Shown here in pieces: positions 30,201 through 38,730 of a stretch of DNA of 64,000 bases. The notes beneath the pieces are model-generated. The model did no database searches. It had not been told where the DNA came from and saw only the letters and a list, made by a program, of their open reading frames with translations. Numbering within the stretch: the first letter of the stretch is position 1; each line of letters opens with the position of its first letter. The DNA is from a virus. The position numbers and the translations under genes were made by a program. The stretch lies in the IMG/VR virus record IMGVR_UViG_3300007511_000003, positions 64,001-128,000 of that record; one strand, given 5' to 3'.

Positions 30201-32636
30201 GTCAGATACCACGATGGTATTCCGAGGTGCCTGTTCCAGGACTTTCTGGAGGCCTTCCTCTCCATATTGACGGAAAGTCTGGGTGGTGATTGGGATCATG
30301 TTCATCTTCCCTTTGAACAGGAAGACGCCATCCTCAATGTAGTTCCGCACCAAGTACCCAGGACACAAGATAATACCTCGCGTTACCTTGCCAGCCTGGA
30401 CCAACCGAATCAGGTCCGTCAAGATCAAAATCGTTTTTCCGCCCCCCGGCGACACATCCAGGATCGCAAACTGCGGATCCTGCACAAGATAGTTCTGGGT
30501 CTTCATCTGATGAGGCAGGAACGAAAACCCTTCGACATAAGGGAGAGCCGTAGGCTCTGCGTTGGGGTCGATCTGTGGATCGATGTAGGGTTGGCGCCTC
30601 TTGAGGTCAGCAGCAACCACCTGGTCATACTTGGAAGCGTACTTGGCAATACACAGGAGTTGGGCAACCTCTTTCATACCGTTTAGTACCGAACGCCCTG
30701 AGAGGGCCGCTGTCGGGTCCCCCTCAACCAACTTCCAAGCGGCTTCGACCATACGCCCGAGGGGACGGAGGGCCGGGACAGGGCTGTTGGAGGACACCAG
30801 GTGGAGTTTCCAGTCATCCATGGACGAATGTTGTTCCACCCATTCAGGCACATCAGCGGGGTTGGCAGACCGATCGTAGTCGTAGTAGGTCTTCAGATCG
30901 CGGACTGCGGAGTGTACTTTCCTGACGATCTCCCCTGGCGACATGTCAAAATAACCTCCTAGGATGTTGCGGAGACCCCAAGGTACACTGTACTTGTCGT
31001 CAGGGCTGTACTTTTCTGCCTGGGCAGGGTTCAGCAAAGACAAGAGTTCATCCGACTGACCAACGGGACCATCACCCATGAAAGAGTTAAGGTCGGTACC
31101 TCCGTCAGTCAAACGGTTGGCGGCGCGGCCGAGGTTCTCTAAGAGTTCTTCTTCCTCGTTATATCCAAACAACGGACGCTCCAACAAAGAAGCAATCGCG
31201 GTAGACTGGCCACTGGCAAAGCCTTCCAGGCTCCAGATTTTGAGAGCCGCACTCGTATCAGTGTAAGCAAGCCGGTTGTTTACCCAGTCTGTGTACACCA
31301 ACATATTGGCGGGGAGTTTCTTTGGCTTGACGGGTTCTTCACCTTCATCCACAGATACTCGACGGCGCCGACCAGATGGTTGTTTGACATCCTGGAAGGT
31401 GACTTCTTCCCCACCATGTTGGGAAGCAAAATCTTTCACTTCCTGGTCATAGGCGTCAACGTTATCAGATGTTGGAATCCAAACCAAATCCCCTTGGAAG
31501 GTGATGGACAGACCATCCTCGTTAACACGAGGCTTCACATCACCCTGCACATCGCTGTTAGAGTCACGGATGTTGCGGATGGGGTTCATCCGCGGTTGCC
31601 ACTTTTCACCCTTCTTGAACAACCCTTGGATCCATTGTTGACTCCACAAGAGCATGTCACTGGCTTCTGCCTGGGCAAAGGGCGTTTGGATTATGTACTC
31701 CGCGTACTCAGCAGGAACGTGCAACACCATTGATGTAAAGAAGTCCCGAGAGTTCAATGCCTGTGCGGCGAATCCAATTGGATTGGCGGCGTCTTTGATG
31801 CTGGTCAGTGGACTCTCTTTGTTGATGTCGGACTCATTGTATAGACCGCCACCATACCCCAAATCCTTGGCATCCAACGGAGGTGACATGAGGCGGATCA
31901 TCTTGACGTATTTTTTGAACAACGCCAGAGAGTCCTTGGAAACCGCCAAATCAGAATGGGTGGGGTCGAACCAAGGGCTTGTCTCAACAGCATCAGACGC
32001 CCTGTAGGTGTGATCGACTGCTTGGGATATGTCGAAGAGGGCAGGACCTGGGAATTTATTCAACGCCTCAATCATTTGTTGTTTAAGTGCGTTGGCCTCT
32101 GGGTTGTTGTCACCCCAAGGCATATAGGTATCAACACTGCGTGCGATGCTGGAGAAATCAAAAGCGGCCCCAATGGTACCACCAAGAGGGATCGTAAGGA
32201 GGAAACCATCATCGGCTTTTTTGACACGAATCTGGTTGGTTTTCTCTGCAATGGCTGCATGAGAGGCATCAGAAATTGCTAACCTTGGGTTCGGCTCCTT
32301 GGGCTCGTCCCGCTGTACCTGGAGGTTATCCATAAAATGAGTAATGAATTCGTTCTGGGCCCCACTTACTGCCAGCCGAACAAACTCCCCAAACTTATGC
32401 AGGACAGGCTTCAAAAAAGCCTTCTTGAAAGACTTGGGCTCAGGCACTGCCGCCTGGAGTTGGCTGCGAACGCCTGCTTCTTCCAAATAATGGAAGGGTT
32501 TGACCTTGGACACCAATGGAACCGGGCGTTGCCAGCTGGAACGTGTGTTAACACGCCCGGTCACGCCGTTACGGCGTTGTACCTTCAGGCCCTTTATGAC
32601 TTTACGGTTCGGGATCCTTAGTTTCAGTCGTCGCAT
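27231..32636 (-). CDS. giant SNF2-family helicase/translocase (1801 aa)
   Basis: LPHQ, PGGGKT, LDESH, LATGT, EGLNLQ, QAESRIFR. Confidence 0.85.
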   Translation of the reverse strand: MRRLKLRIPNRKVIKGLKVQRRNGVTGRVNTRSSWQRPVPLVSKVKPFHYLEEAGVRSQLQAAVPEPKSFKKAFLKPVLHKFGEFVRLAVSGAQNEFITHFMDNLQVQRDEPKEPNPRLAISDASHAAIAEKTNQIRVKKADDGFLLTIPLGGTIGAAFDFSSIARSVDTYMPWGDNNPEANALKQQMIEALNKFPGPALFDISQAVDHTYRASDAVETSPWFDPTHSDLAVSKDSLALFKKYVKMIRLMSPPLDAKDLGYGGGLYNESDINKESPLTSIKDAANPIGFAAQALNSRDFFTSMVLHVPAEYAEYIIQTPFAQAEASDMLLWSQQWIQGLFKKGEKWQPRMNPIRNIRDSNSDVQGDVKPRVNEDGLSITFQGDLVWIPTSDNVDAYDQEVKDFASQHGGEEVTFQDVKQPSGRRRRVSVDEGEEPVKPKKLPANMLVYTDWVNNRLAYTDTSAALKIWSLEGFASGQSTAIASLLERPLFGYNEEEELLENLGRAANRLTDGGTDLNSFMGDGPVGQSDELLSLLNPAQAEKYSPDDKYSVPWGLRNILGGYFDMSPGEIVRKVHSAVRDLKTYYDYDRSANPADVPEWVEQHSSMDDWKLHLVSSNSPVPALRPLGRMVEAAWKLVEGDPTAALSGRSVLNGMKEVAQLLCIAKYASKYDQVVAADLKRRQPYIDPQIDPNAEPTALPYVEGFSFLPHQMKTQNYLVQDPQFAILDVSPGGGKTILILTDLIRLVQAGKVTRGIILCPGYLVRNYIEDGVFLFKGKMNMIPITTQTFRQYGEEGLQKVLEQAPRNTIVVSDYDFIKGRVREESYGPEPIKIGDNSEMLRSFGFDYIALDESHNVKNPASTRSQVTQRLAADIPYRRLATGTFVTDQMTDIVGQFNMIDPATFGNRKKFIEAYASDWRGGKVLSWKPDAERKIAQRVGQFSNLVTIKRKEWAALLPKRVENFHFVKMRPNQRTVYDSILKQTLELIAQNEDLLSKLRSGDEVEAENIEFLLRPYMQRMEKFLSAPAMDHDGEALLKDPADQVSPKAMQVTKLCNQHISQGIPGKILVFCGYNRSADAMYEGLPPDLQSRALRYHASEKAKHVAQFMKDDRIQILIGVGKSLEEGLNLQMASRLIRVESVWSPGALDQAESRIFRPDPKGQFAERDKVYFDWVICDQSIDVTKISRLISKMLAKVRFDEQGNPLYDGVPNLPLVSMTLDSITEKNDFETNLSQYLEGFHTYKEAEHKDFQNYKNNPKHHKKPRLVATAPDLEGSQYMVGVPYIDGQVLPYMDELGVSTFANYAEDNGQELDDFTPVNARVHTEFGDGVIVGGTKNKIRVKLASGQTVSAFKMRSFIIQSEDTAPVQERLVGLLGLPTVGVIDVGEPVNVPDTGSDAQVQRDKTNAPATKAGKASRQQKRRRALVPDGRTVEELQMEIKQTAVKIKQAVQEGNEELEKELRRERRRLRRVMKQTQEMGPEETPEAPVDEGLPPTDEQPEGEGIKELKVEQEPTNEEEEQKQAEDHKDQLKKQAEDHVEDLMDDAQQQMEEEPPAEEEPRMDVDPTEVVEDQDEQPVGPSGDQVRKPVPTGDKQAGNGFEAFLTVANNIICVTVDDDDPDAPPASEMQDLGFHLIPAYAFAYIPNKQKMALMVDALVEGYEMRSSFVRTLRRLQQAFDQGKGRLLNVPKATQMDIKNFFRMRFRPVGKPTILRPYPVIQDGQLFICATIPTQPASKTLRQKAKVPGVKWERSNGEWFYFAKSKNDAKDKVKEMVDAGYDIRNLDQVKEEYKQLKVTKQDSGGNE

Positions 32637-32657
32637 GTCACTTGTCCTCTATTATGC

Positions 32658-33092
32658 TTATTCAGCCGCCCGTTCCCAGACACGGTAGGCGCCGGATGGA
32701 CCAAAATGGTTCAGGAGTGCTTCTGCCAATTGCCGTGCAAATGTTCGGTCTTCTTGTTGTTGGAAAAAATCTTGGTTATACATACGGGTGGCCCGTTCAA
32801 ACCCAGCAGGCTGGCCCATGTCTTTTAGGTCGGAAACAATACGACCAATGGTACGATCACGCTCTTCATCGGTAAACGACACCAATTGCATGTACTTGGC
32901 GTGTAACTTATCGTATGCCTCTGACAAAGAGTCCATTTGTTGGTTCAGGCGGGCATTGCGGGCATCCACCTGGTCCTCTGTCATGCCAGGGTCATACCCC
33001 TGTTTGAGGTCCTGCCGCAGTTCTGCCAACTCTTTGCCCATCTCATGGACTGGCTGTTGGAGGCCGATGATCCTAAGGGACTTTATGGTCAT
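32658..33092 (-). CDS. hypothetical coiled-coil protein
   Basis: ORF with TGTAAATA upstream. Confidence 0.6.
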   Translation of the reverse strand: MTIKSLRIIGLQQPVHEMGKELAELRQDLKQGYDPGMTEDQVDARNARLNQQMDSLSEAYDKLHAKYMQLVSFTDEERDRTIGRIVSDLKDMGQPAGFERATRMYNQDFFQQQEDRTFARQLAEALLNHFGPSGAYRVWERAAE

Positions 33093-33165
33093 TTCTCATG
33101 CTCCTGTTCTACCGTGAATTTATTTACAGTAGAACCATATGAAATTAGCGTATGGTTCTTGTGGT

Positions 33166-33906
33166 TCAGAATAAACTCTTGGGGTTTTTGAGGGTCTTGA
33201 AGCGGTTCGCCCTCACAACTGGCAACCAAAGGCGCCGTTCAACAAAGGATAGGAACTGCTTCTTTGACACTACCCCATTACCCCTTACCCGAATAACCGG
33301 GTCCTGGTGGACCTCCACGGTGTAGGACAGGGTTGGACGACGATTGAGCTGTACACGTACCCCAGGGCAGACCTGACGCTGGAGGGACCCTCCCCTGGGC
33401 ATTGTGAACCCATGACCAGATAACTGTTTCACCAGGTCCCCGTACGCCGATAGAGTAGGGACCTTCAATTCGGCAGAGCTGGTGATCAGGAACCCAGAGT
33501 TTCGTTGAGCAACCAACCGATGAGGTTTCATCAAGCGAGCCGTTGACAGGAGCCCTGTTTTATCCAGAGCCGCCACCAGTTTACGCCGACCGTTGCCAAG
33601 GTAGTTCTCAATACGTTTGTTGGCCGATGCCCCTGAGGTATCCTGAACAGCCACCACATTGGCGTTCCGTGCCCGTTTCATGAACTCGGAGAGCGCCATC
33701 CGCCATTGGCTTTCGGGTGTTCCCAGGGCCCCCATCATCCCCAAGAACTCCTTGGACGCCATCATCTTGTCCCAGATTTTCCGGGCATCAGGGTTAAACC
33801 GTGGAGGATAAGCAGATTTGGTAGGACGTTTACCATGGTGGCGTGCTGCTACCCCAAGAGACTGGAGGTTAACCGAACCCTCCTCAATGTGTGTAAGTTC
33901 TTTCAT
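33166..33906 (-). CDS. hypothetical protein
   Basis: 246-aa ORF. Confidence 0.6.
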   Translation of the reverse strand: MKELTHIEEGSVNLQSLGVAARHHGKRPTKSAYPPRFNPDARKIWDKMMASKEFLGMMGALGTPESQWRMALSEFMKRARNANVVAVQDTSGASANKRIENYLGNGRRKLVAALDKTGLLSTARLMKPHRLVAQRNSGFLITSSAELKVPTLSAYGDLVKQLSGHGFTMPRGGSLQRQVCPGVRVQLNRRPTLSYTVEVHQDPVIRVRGNGVVSKKQFLSFVERRLWLPVVRANRFKTLKNPKSLF

Positions 33907-33913
33907 AGGGCCC

Positions 33914-34438
33914 TCACTTAATACCTGTCATGTCTACGAGGTCCCAGATGGTTTGGACCTGTTGAGTGGTAAAAGAATAATTTGGTATATCTTTGGCAGC
34001 CCATTCCCTTAAGGAGGTTCCTAATTCCAGGGACATGCCACCTCAGTCTGCAACCATGTCCACCAAATCCACATCTTGCATCCTGTCGTCCGCTCCATGG
34101 GCCTCGGGGTGGTGTAAGTTCATCCGCACATGGTGCTCAGAAGCACGATGAGTCCAGGCTTCAATCCCAGGAGGGTACTCATAAGGTGTAGGGGTGTCCT
34201 TGTGCTTATACCACCAGGAAATGAAGATGTAGGGCACCCGCTCTTGAGGGCCATACTTGGTACGATCATGGCCCTTCAGACGCTGCTTGAACAACGTAAG
34301 GTCCTCTGGATCAGCAAAGAACCTGAACAAAGAGGTGCCAGCCCGTTGTACTAACTTAATGTGTCGGGCCGTCCGATGCTCAAACCACCGCTCCATCTCT
34401 GCGGTGTATGTAGGAACCTTTACCGCCAACTCCTTCAC
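33914..34438 (-). pseudogene. HD-like (DUF5662-type) protein with in-frame TGA at 34043-34045
   Basis: HDRTK, HH...NLHHPE, DMVAD*GGMSLELG; frame continues 42 codons to TGA 33914. Confidence 0.6.
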
Positions 34439-34740
34439 CGTGAGCCTCTCATGTGTTTGTGTTTACGGACGTGGCACCGATCACACACGGCCATCAAGTT
34501 ACTCATGGAATCGGAACCTCCCCTAGACTTTGGGCGAATATGGTGGGCTTCTAACTTCCCACCTCGCGCCTTACGGGCTGACGCGGTCTCACCACATGAC
34601 CGACAAGTGTGGTTATCTCGTTCACGAACACGGGCTGATAACTGGGCCCACTGGGACCCATACCCAGGACGTTGGATACGGGTCACCCCACCGGATTTAC
34701 GATAAAAGCGTGTCATCCTTGTAACCACCAAGGTAGGCAC
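34435..34740 (-). CDS. HNH endonuclease
   Basis: RDNHTCRSC...AHHI...NLMAVCDRCH. Confidence 0.88.
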   Translation of the reverse strand: MPTLVVTRMTRFYRKSGGVTRIQRPGYGSQWAQLSARVRERDNHTCRSCGETASARKARGGKLEAHHIRPKSRGGSDSMSNLMAVCDRCHVRKHKHMRGSR

Positions 34741-34762
34741 CCGAGGTATCCATCCATACCGT

Positions 34763-35410
34763 TTACTCCATTGATTCGACCATCTTTTCCTTTATGTGCC
34801 CTCGCTGTGACTCAATGTATCGAGCAATCGTACCGGCACTCTCACGCGCCAAATTGTTCAATTGAGGATGCCTGTGCTCTGGCACATAGGTTTCCAATGA
34901 TCTCTTGAGATTGTGTAAGCTATCAATCACCACCTGCGCGATACCGATAAAGGCGGGATCGATTATTTCCGATGACAGTTGCAGAGCCAGTTGCCTACCA
35001 TCCCTCTCTGCCTGCATGTCTGCAATTAGCTCCCTTGCTTGGGAAACCAGACTGTTTAAGGCATAGGCAGCCCTCTCTGAACCCTCCTGCCTGTACTTGT
35101 CTTCTGCTATGGGTATCAGGTCCATCAGGGACTTCAACATAGTACGCTGAAACCGATTGACCGCGCTCTCTGTCTGCTGGTCTTCCAGTAGGGATGCGAT
35201 TTCTGTTACGTCATCCTTAAACAAAGAACGCAGGTTCTTCAAACGACGTGCTTGTTGACGCTGTTTCTTGGTCAAGCCGCTAGACGGGGGCCTCCCCTCT
35301 TTATGAGAGGAAGAGACCTTGCCCGCCCGCGATTTTTTTAACCGCTGCGACTTAACATGTGATACAGCCACATCCCGACGTTGGGCATATTGCTTACCCC
35401 TGACTGTCAT
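34763..35410 (-). CDS. hypothetical protein with basic N-terminus
   Basis: GGAGGGAG RBS; 215 aa. Confidence 0.6.
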   Translation of the reverse strand: MTVRGKQYAQRRDVAVSHVKSQRLKKSRAGKVSSSHKEGRPPSSGLTKKQRQQARRLKNLRSLFKDDVTEIASLLEDQQTESAVNRFQRTMLKSLMDLIPIAEDKYRQEGSERAAYALNSLVSQARELIADMQAERDGRQLALQLSSEIIDPAFIGIAQVVIDSLHNLKRSLETYVPEHRHPQLNNLARESAGTIARYIESQRGHIKEKMVESME

Positions 35411-35572
35411 TAGGCTCCCTCCAGTTAATATTCAGGATGTGTTGGACCCTTACCAATCAGAGAGATAGTTTATGCCCGTGTCCTGACGGCCACAACTACA
35501 CTGGTACCCGGAAACAGGTAACCCACACGAAATCCCATTGTTACAAACCCAGTCTCAAATCTCATAAATAAT

Positions 35573-35935
35573 TTACATTGGTCCCACATAGATGGTCTTT
35601 GAGTGCGGAGACAGCACGATACCGTTGTATTCCCCGGACTTCCCAAAGGTTGGCGGAACAATATAATATTCTGGACCATTCCCCATATTAACATCCGGGA
35701 AGTCCGTGTCCTCGTCAGGAGTGGGTTTCCACTTGGCGGCCCTCATCGCCTTTTTGAGAGCACCCTCACCAGCAAAACGTAGGAGCTTGTAGGTATCCAT
35801 AGTACCGGTAACCTTGGGCCCGATCTTGAAACCATTGGCCACCAGTTGTTCCACCATCACCTCGTAAGGTTCGCCCCAAGGTTCATCCTCGGCTGTTTCT
35901 TTAAGACGAGCCAGTGCCTGTTGGTGGGTGTTCAT
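35573..35935 (-). CDS. HQQALARL-leader protein
   Basis: MNTHQQALARLKETA start. Confidence 0.65.
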   Translation of the reverse strand: MNTHQQALARLKETAEDEPWGEPYEVMVEQLVANGFKIGPKVTGTMDTYKLLRFAGEGALKKAMRAAKWKPTPDEDTDFPDVNMGNGPEYYIVPPTFGKSGEYNGIVLSPHSKTIYVGPM

Positions 35936-35937
35936 GG

Positions 35938-36234
35938 TCACTCCATCTTGAAAAGTTTTTGAAAGTTGGCTACTTCCAGTATTCTACGGACGCCAGGACG
36001 TGCGTGACGTAATACTACACGCTTGGGTCCTAGCTTTTCGTTGGCTATTAACAGAATACCAAGGGCAGCACTATCAATGTACCTGGCATGTCTTAGGTCA
36101 ACCACAAGATTCTGGTCGGGTTTAACCTGGTCCATAGCCTTCCGAAACATACCATGACATTCAAATTGGAAGGTACTGGGTGGTACAAACACCACTTCCT
36201 TACTATCCGAGTGTATTTTGCACTCCTGTTCCAC
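35938..36234 (-). CDS. STAS-domain anti-sigma-factor antagonist
   Basis: VVDLRHARYIDSAALGILL...VRRILEVANFQKLF. Confidence 0.88.
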   Translation of the reverse strand: MEQECKIHSDSKEVVFVPPSTFQFECHGMFRKAMDQVKPDQNLVVDLRHARYIDSAALGILLIANEKLGPKRVVLRHARPGVRRILEVANFQKLFKME

Positions 36235-36938
36235 TATGATACTCCACTTGCGAAGTCTATTGCCATCTGCTTCGCGTCATCCATCGTTTCCGCCTGCCAC
36301 TCCCCACGCCCTCTGTTAAACTGCTCAACATGGTCTGTATAGATGACCTGACTTTCATCACCTTTTGGCCAAATTTCATAGGATACATGGATGTTTACAC
36401 TGTCACCGTCCTCGTGGAGAGTGATCTCTTTGTTCTGGTACATGTCATCTGAGTACCATGCCTCAACGTCCTCGAGGAATTCCTGTGGGTCGGAAGGGTG
36501 AAAAGCACAATCACCTTTCTTGACTTTGGAGCCGACTCCAAACCCATACATGGCGCGGTGACTCCACCCATACCACTTTTGTTTGGCCTCACAGTATCCA
36601 ACAGAGCAGACATTGTGGTCGGGTGCTGACAGTTCGGGTACGATTCCTCGTTTTGCCAAAGAGGCAGCGAACTCGGGATCCCCTATATAATCCCCATCTA
36701 GGTTGTATGCACTCTTCATCTCCAGCGGCTTATTGGAACCCGACTCTCCAGGCGGAATCTCTTCGGTCCTCACTTGGTAAGTAGGGAACGTCTGTATGCT
36801 TAGGACCTTTCGCAAACTCGACAAGGAGAGCCGGGCTAGGGCCTGAAACCTCAGGCCCTTGCTAGGCACCATGGCACAAACTTGGCCGCGGTGTATTACT
36901 GGAATACGTGGAAGCAGGACAACCCGTAGGGATTTCAT
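36234..36938 (-). CDS. conserved phage protein
   Basis: WYGWSHRAMYGFGVG...AKQMAIDFASGVS. Confidence 0.65.
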   Translation of the reverse strand: MKSLRVVLLPRIPVIHRGQVCAMVPSKGLRFQALARLSLSSLRKVLSIQTFPTYQVRTEEIPPGESGSNKPLEMKSAYNLDGDYIGDPEFAASLAKRGIVPELSAPDHNVCSVGYCEAKQKWYGWSHRAMYGFGVGSKVKKGDCAFHPSDPQEFLEDVEAWYSDDMYQNKEITLHEDGDSVNIHVSYEIWPKGDESQVIYTDHVEQFNRGRGEWQAETMDDAKQMAIDFASGVS

Positions 36939-36941
36939 AAA

Positions 36942-37188
36942 TCAGGCTTGGAACAAGGCATTACCCTTACCCTTCATATCACGCATGGAATCGGAATATT
37001 GGCCTTTACGGCGGAGCAAGGACCAGAAAGCTTTGGCTTTCTTCCGGTCACCGTCAGGGAGCGGCGTAAACAACAGTTGTTCGAAGAACACCAGGTCTTC
37101 AGGGATTTGGAGTTCATTGCGTGTATGTTCGTAGGAAGTCGCCTGCTGTTTCCTGAAGGCGAGCCAACGCCTGTTGGTGGATGTTCAT
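36942..37188 (-). pseudogene. HQQALARL-leader gene with +1 frameshift
   Basis: MNIHQQALARLQETA stops after 24 aa; +1 frame continues NELQIPEDLV...ALFQA to 36942. Confidence 0.5.
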
Positions 37189-37190
37189 GG

Positions 37191-37364
37191 TTATTTCCTC
37201 TTGGCACGCCGCACAGCAATCTTTTTCTTGTTCTTCTTGCGGTACTGTTGCTGCTGCTTCTGGATCTTGGCCTTGTTCTTTTGGTAGTACTTCTGGCGGG
37301 CCTTCTTCTTGGCCGGATTTTTCTCAGGCTTCCGCTTGGGCTTCAGGGCAGTGACGGTGGGCAT
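37191..37364 (-). CDS. 57-aa highly basic protein
   Basis: AAGGAG RBS; MPTVTALKPKRKPEKNPAKKKARQKYYQKNKAKIQ... Confidence 0.7.
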   Translation of the reverse strand: MPTVTALKPKRKPEKNPAKKKARQKYYQKNKAKIQKQQQQYRKKNKKKIAVRRAKRK

Positions 37365-37369
37365 CTGCT

Positions 37370-37477
37370 TTACTCCTTAACTTGAGTGGTTTTACGTTCG
37401 TGATTACGTACCGCCATATCATTGGCAGCACTCCAGGCCTGACGCAGCCGGGCCAATGCTTCTTTGTGTGGGTCCAT
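37370..37477 (-). CDS. 35-aa leader-family peptide
   Basis: GGAGG RBS; MDPHKEALARLRQAWSAA. Confidence 0.55.
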   Translation of the reverse strand: MDPHKEALARLRQAWSAANDMAVRNHERKTTQVKE

Positions 37478-37761
37478 TGAGACCTCCCTTTTTGAAAAGT
37501 TGACGCCAAGATACGTTACAGCTCAAGACGCCGCTGATAAAACCAATGGTTAAAGCCGGCATTCCAATAATGATGAGTGCCGAAACAAGGTCGAGGGGCG
37601 GAATAAAATCAAACATGGCGGGCCTCCAATTGATGGGTCCACCATTCACATTCCCAGCAACAGCCTCATTTTTACCCATGCAAAAAACATCGCACCACCT
37701 ACTATATACAGTAATCCCATAAAGAACAGCTCTTCCTTCCAGTGAGGGCCCCTTGGATCTT

Positions 37762-38730
37762 TCATTTTTCTAGGTTGAACGTCTCAACCAGCTCTTCCCT
37801 AGTCATGATCTTGATGCCAAGGTTAACCGCTTTCCGCTCCTTGGAACTGCCAGTACCTTTAAGTTTCATCACCAGGACTGTCACTTTCCTGGAGATGCCG
37901 CTGGCGATAGTACCGCCCTCACGTTCGATTTGTTCTTGTAAGTCTTTATCCCTGAAGCCGGTAAACACCACAATCTCACCCGACATCTTGTCACCCTCTG
38001 GAGGAGCCACAGGACCTAGTGTTTCAATGGTAATCAGGCGTTTGATGGGTTTTACGAAGGCCTGGAATTTGGGAAATCCTTGGGCAAACTGCTTGGCACG
38101 CTTACTGCTGAACCCAGATACAGACAGGGCCATATGCTCCAAGTCCCGAGGGTTAGGTCTGTTAAGATCCATGATCTGCGGGTATTTCTCAACCAGTGGT
38201 GTTAACTGCCGTACACCAAAGCCAGGACCGAATACCCCAGAAGCCGCCATCAATACGGGCAGAGACACTGGATTCAAAGCTTTCTTAATCCCGGTGACGA
38301 TGGTGGTGGCCGTTTTATCCTGGATGCCAGGAACCGCCATCAAGTCTTTTTTCGTGGCTCGGATAACGGCTTCGATGGAGTCGATTCCATGAGTAGCCAA
38401 CCGTTGGATTGTACCTTGAGCAAAGTTTTCGACTTCAATGGCCTTAAAAAACCAAGCAATTTGTTTTACCAACTGTTCGTCGGTGTCCCCCGTGGCGCGT
38501 ATATCGACACCAGAGGAAGTCCATTCAAAGTTACCGTCTTCCGGTAATCCTGCCTTGCGGCTAGGAGCAACAACCTCCAAAATATGCGGGATAACATCTC
38601 CACTCCTTGTAATCTTGAGGACCGCACCAGGCCCTACCTTGTTGTCGTTGATGAACTTGGCATTGAAACCAGTTACCCGACGGATAGTTACCCCTCCCAA
38701 TCTAACACCAGGACGTACACTTTTAGCCAT
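37762..38730 (-). CDS. ligA: NAD+-dependent DNA ligase, C-terminal part (rest of OB, HhH, BRCT)
   Basis: LGGVTIRRVTGFNA, RSGDVIP, VPGIQDKTA, VVFTGFR; own AAGGGG RBS. Confidence 0.88.
   Translation of the reverse strand: MAKSVRPGVRLGGVTIRRVTGFNAKFINDNKVGPGAVLKITRSGDVIPHILEVVAPSRKAGLPEDGNFEWTSSGVDIRATGDTDEQLVKQIAWFFKAIEVENFAQGTIQRLATHGIDSIEAVIRATKKDLMAVPGIQDKTATTIVTGIKKALNPVSLPVLMAASGVFGPGFGVRQLTPLVEKYPQIMDLNRPNPRDLEHMALSVSGFSSKRAKQFAQGFPKFQAFVKPIKRLITIETLGPVAPPEGDKMSGEIVVFTGFRDKDLQEQIEREGGTIASGISRKVTVLVMKLKGTGSSKERKAVNLGIKIMTREELVETFNLEK

Noticed and set aside
27252-32688. Long + strand ORFs opposite SNF2 (and similar shadows elsewhere)
   Set aside because: Antisense shadows of codon-biased genes with no motifs
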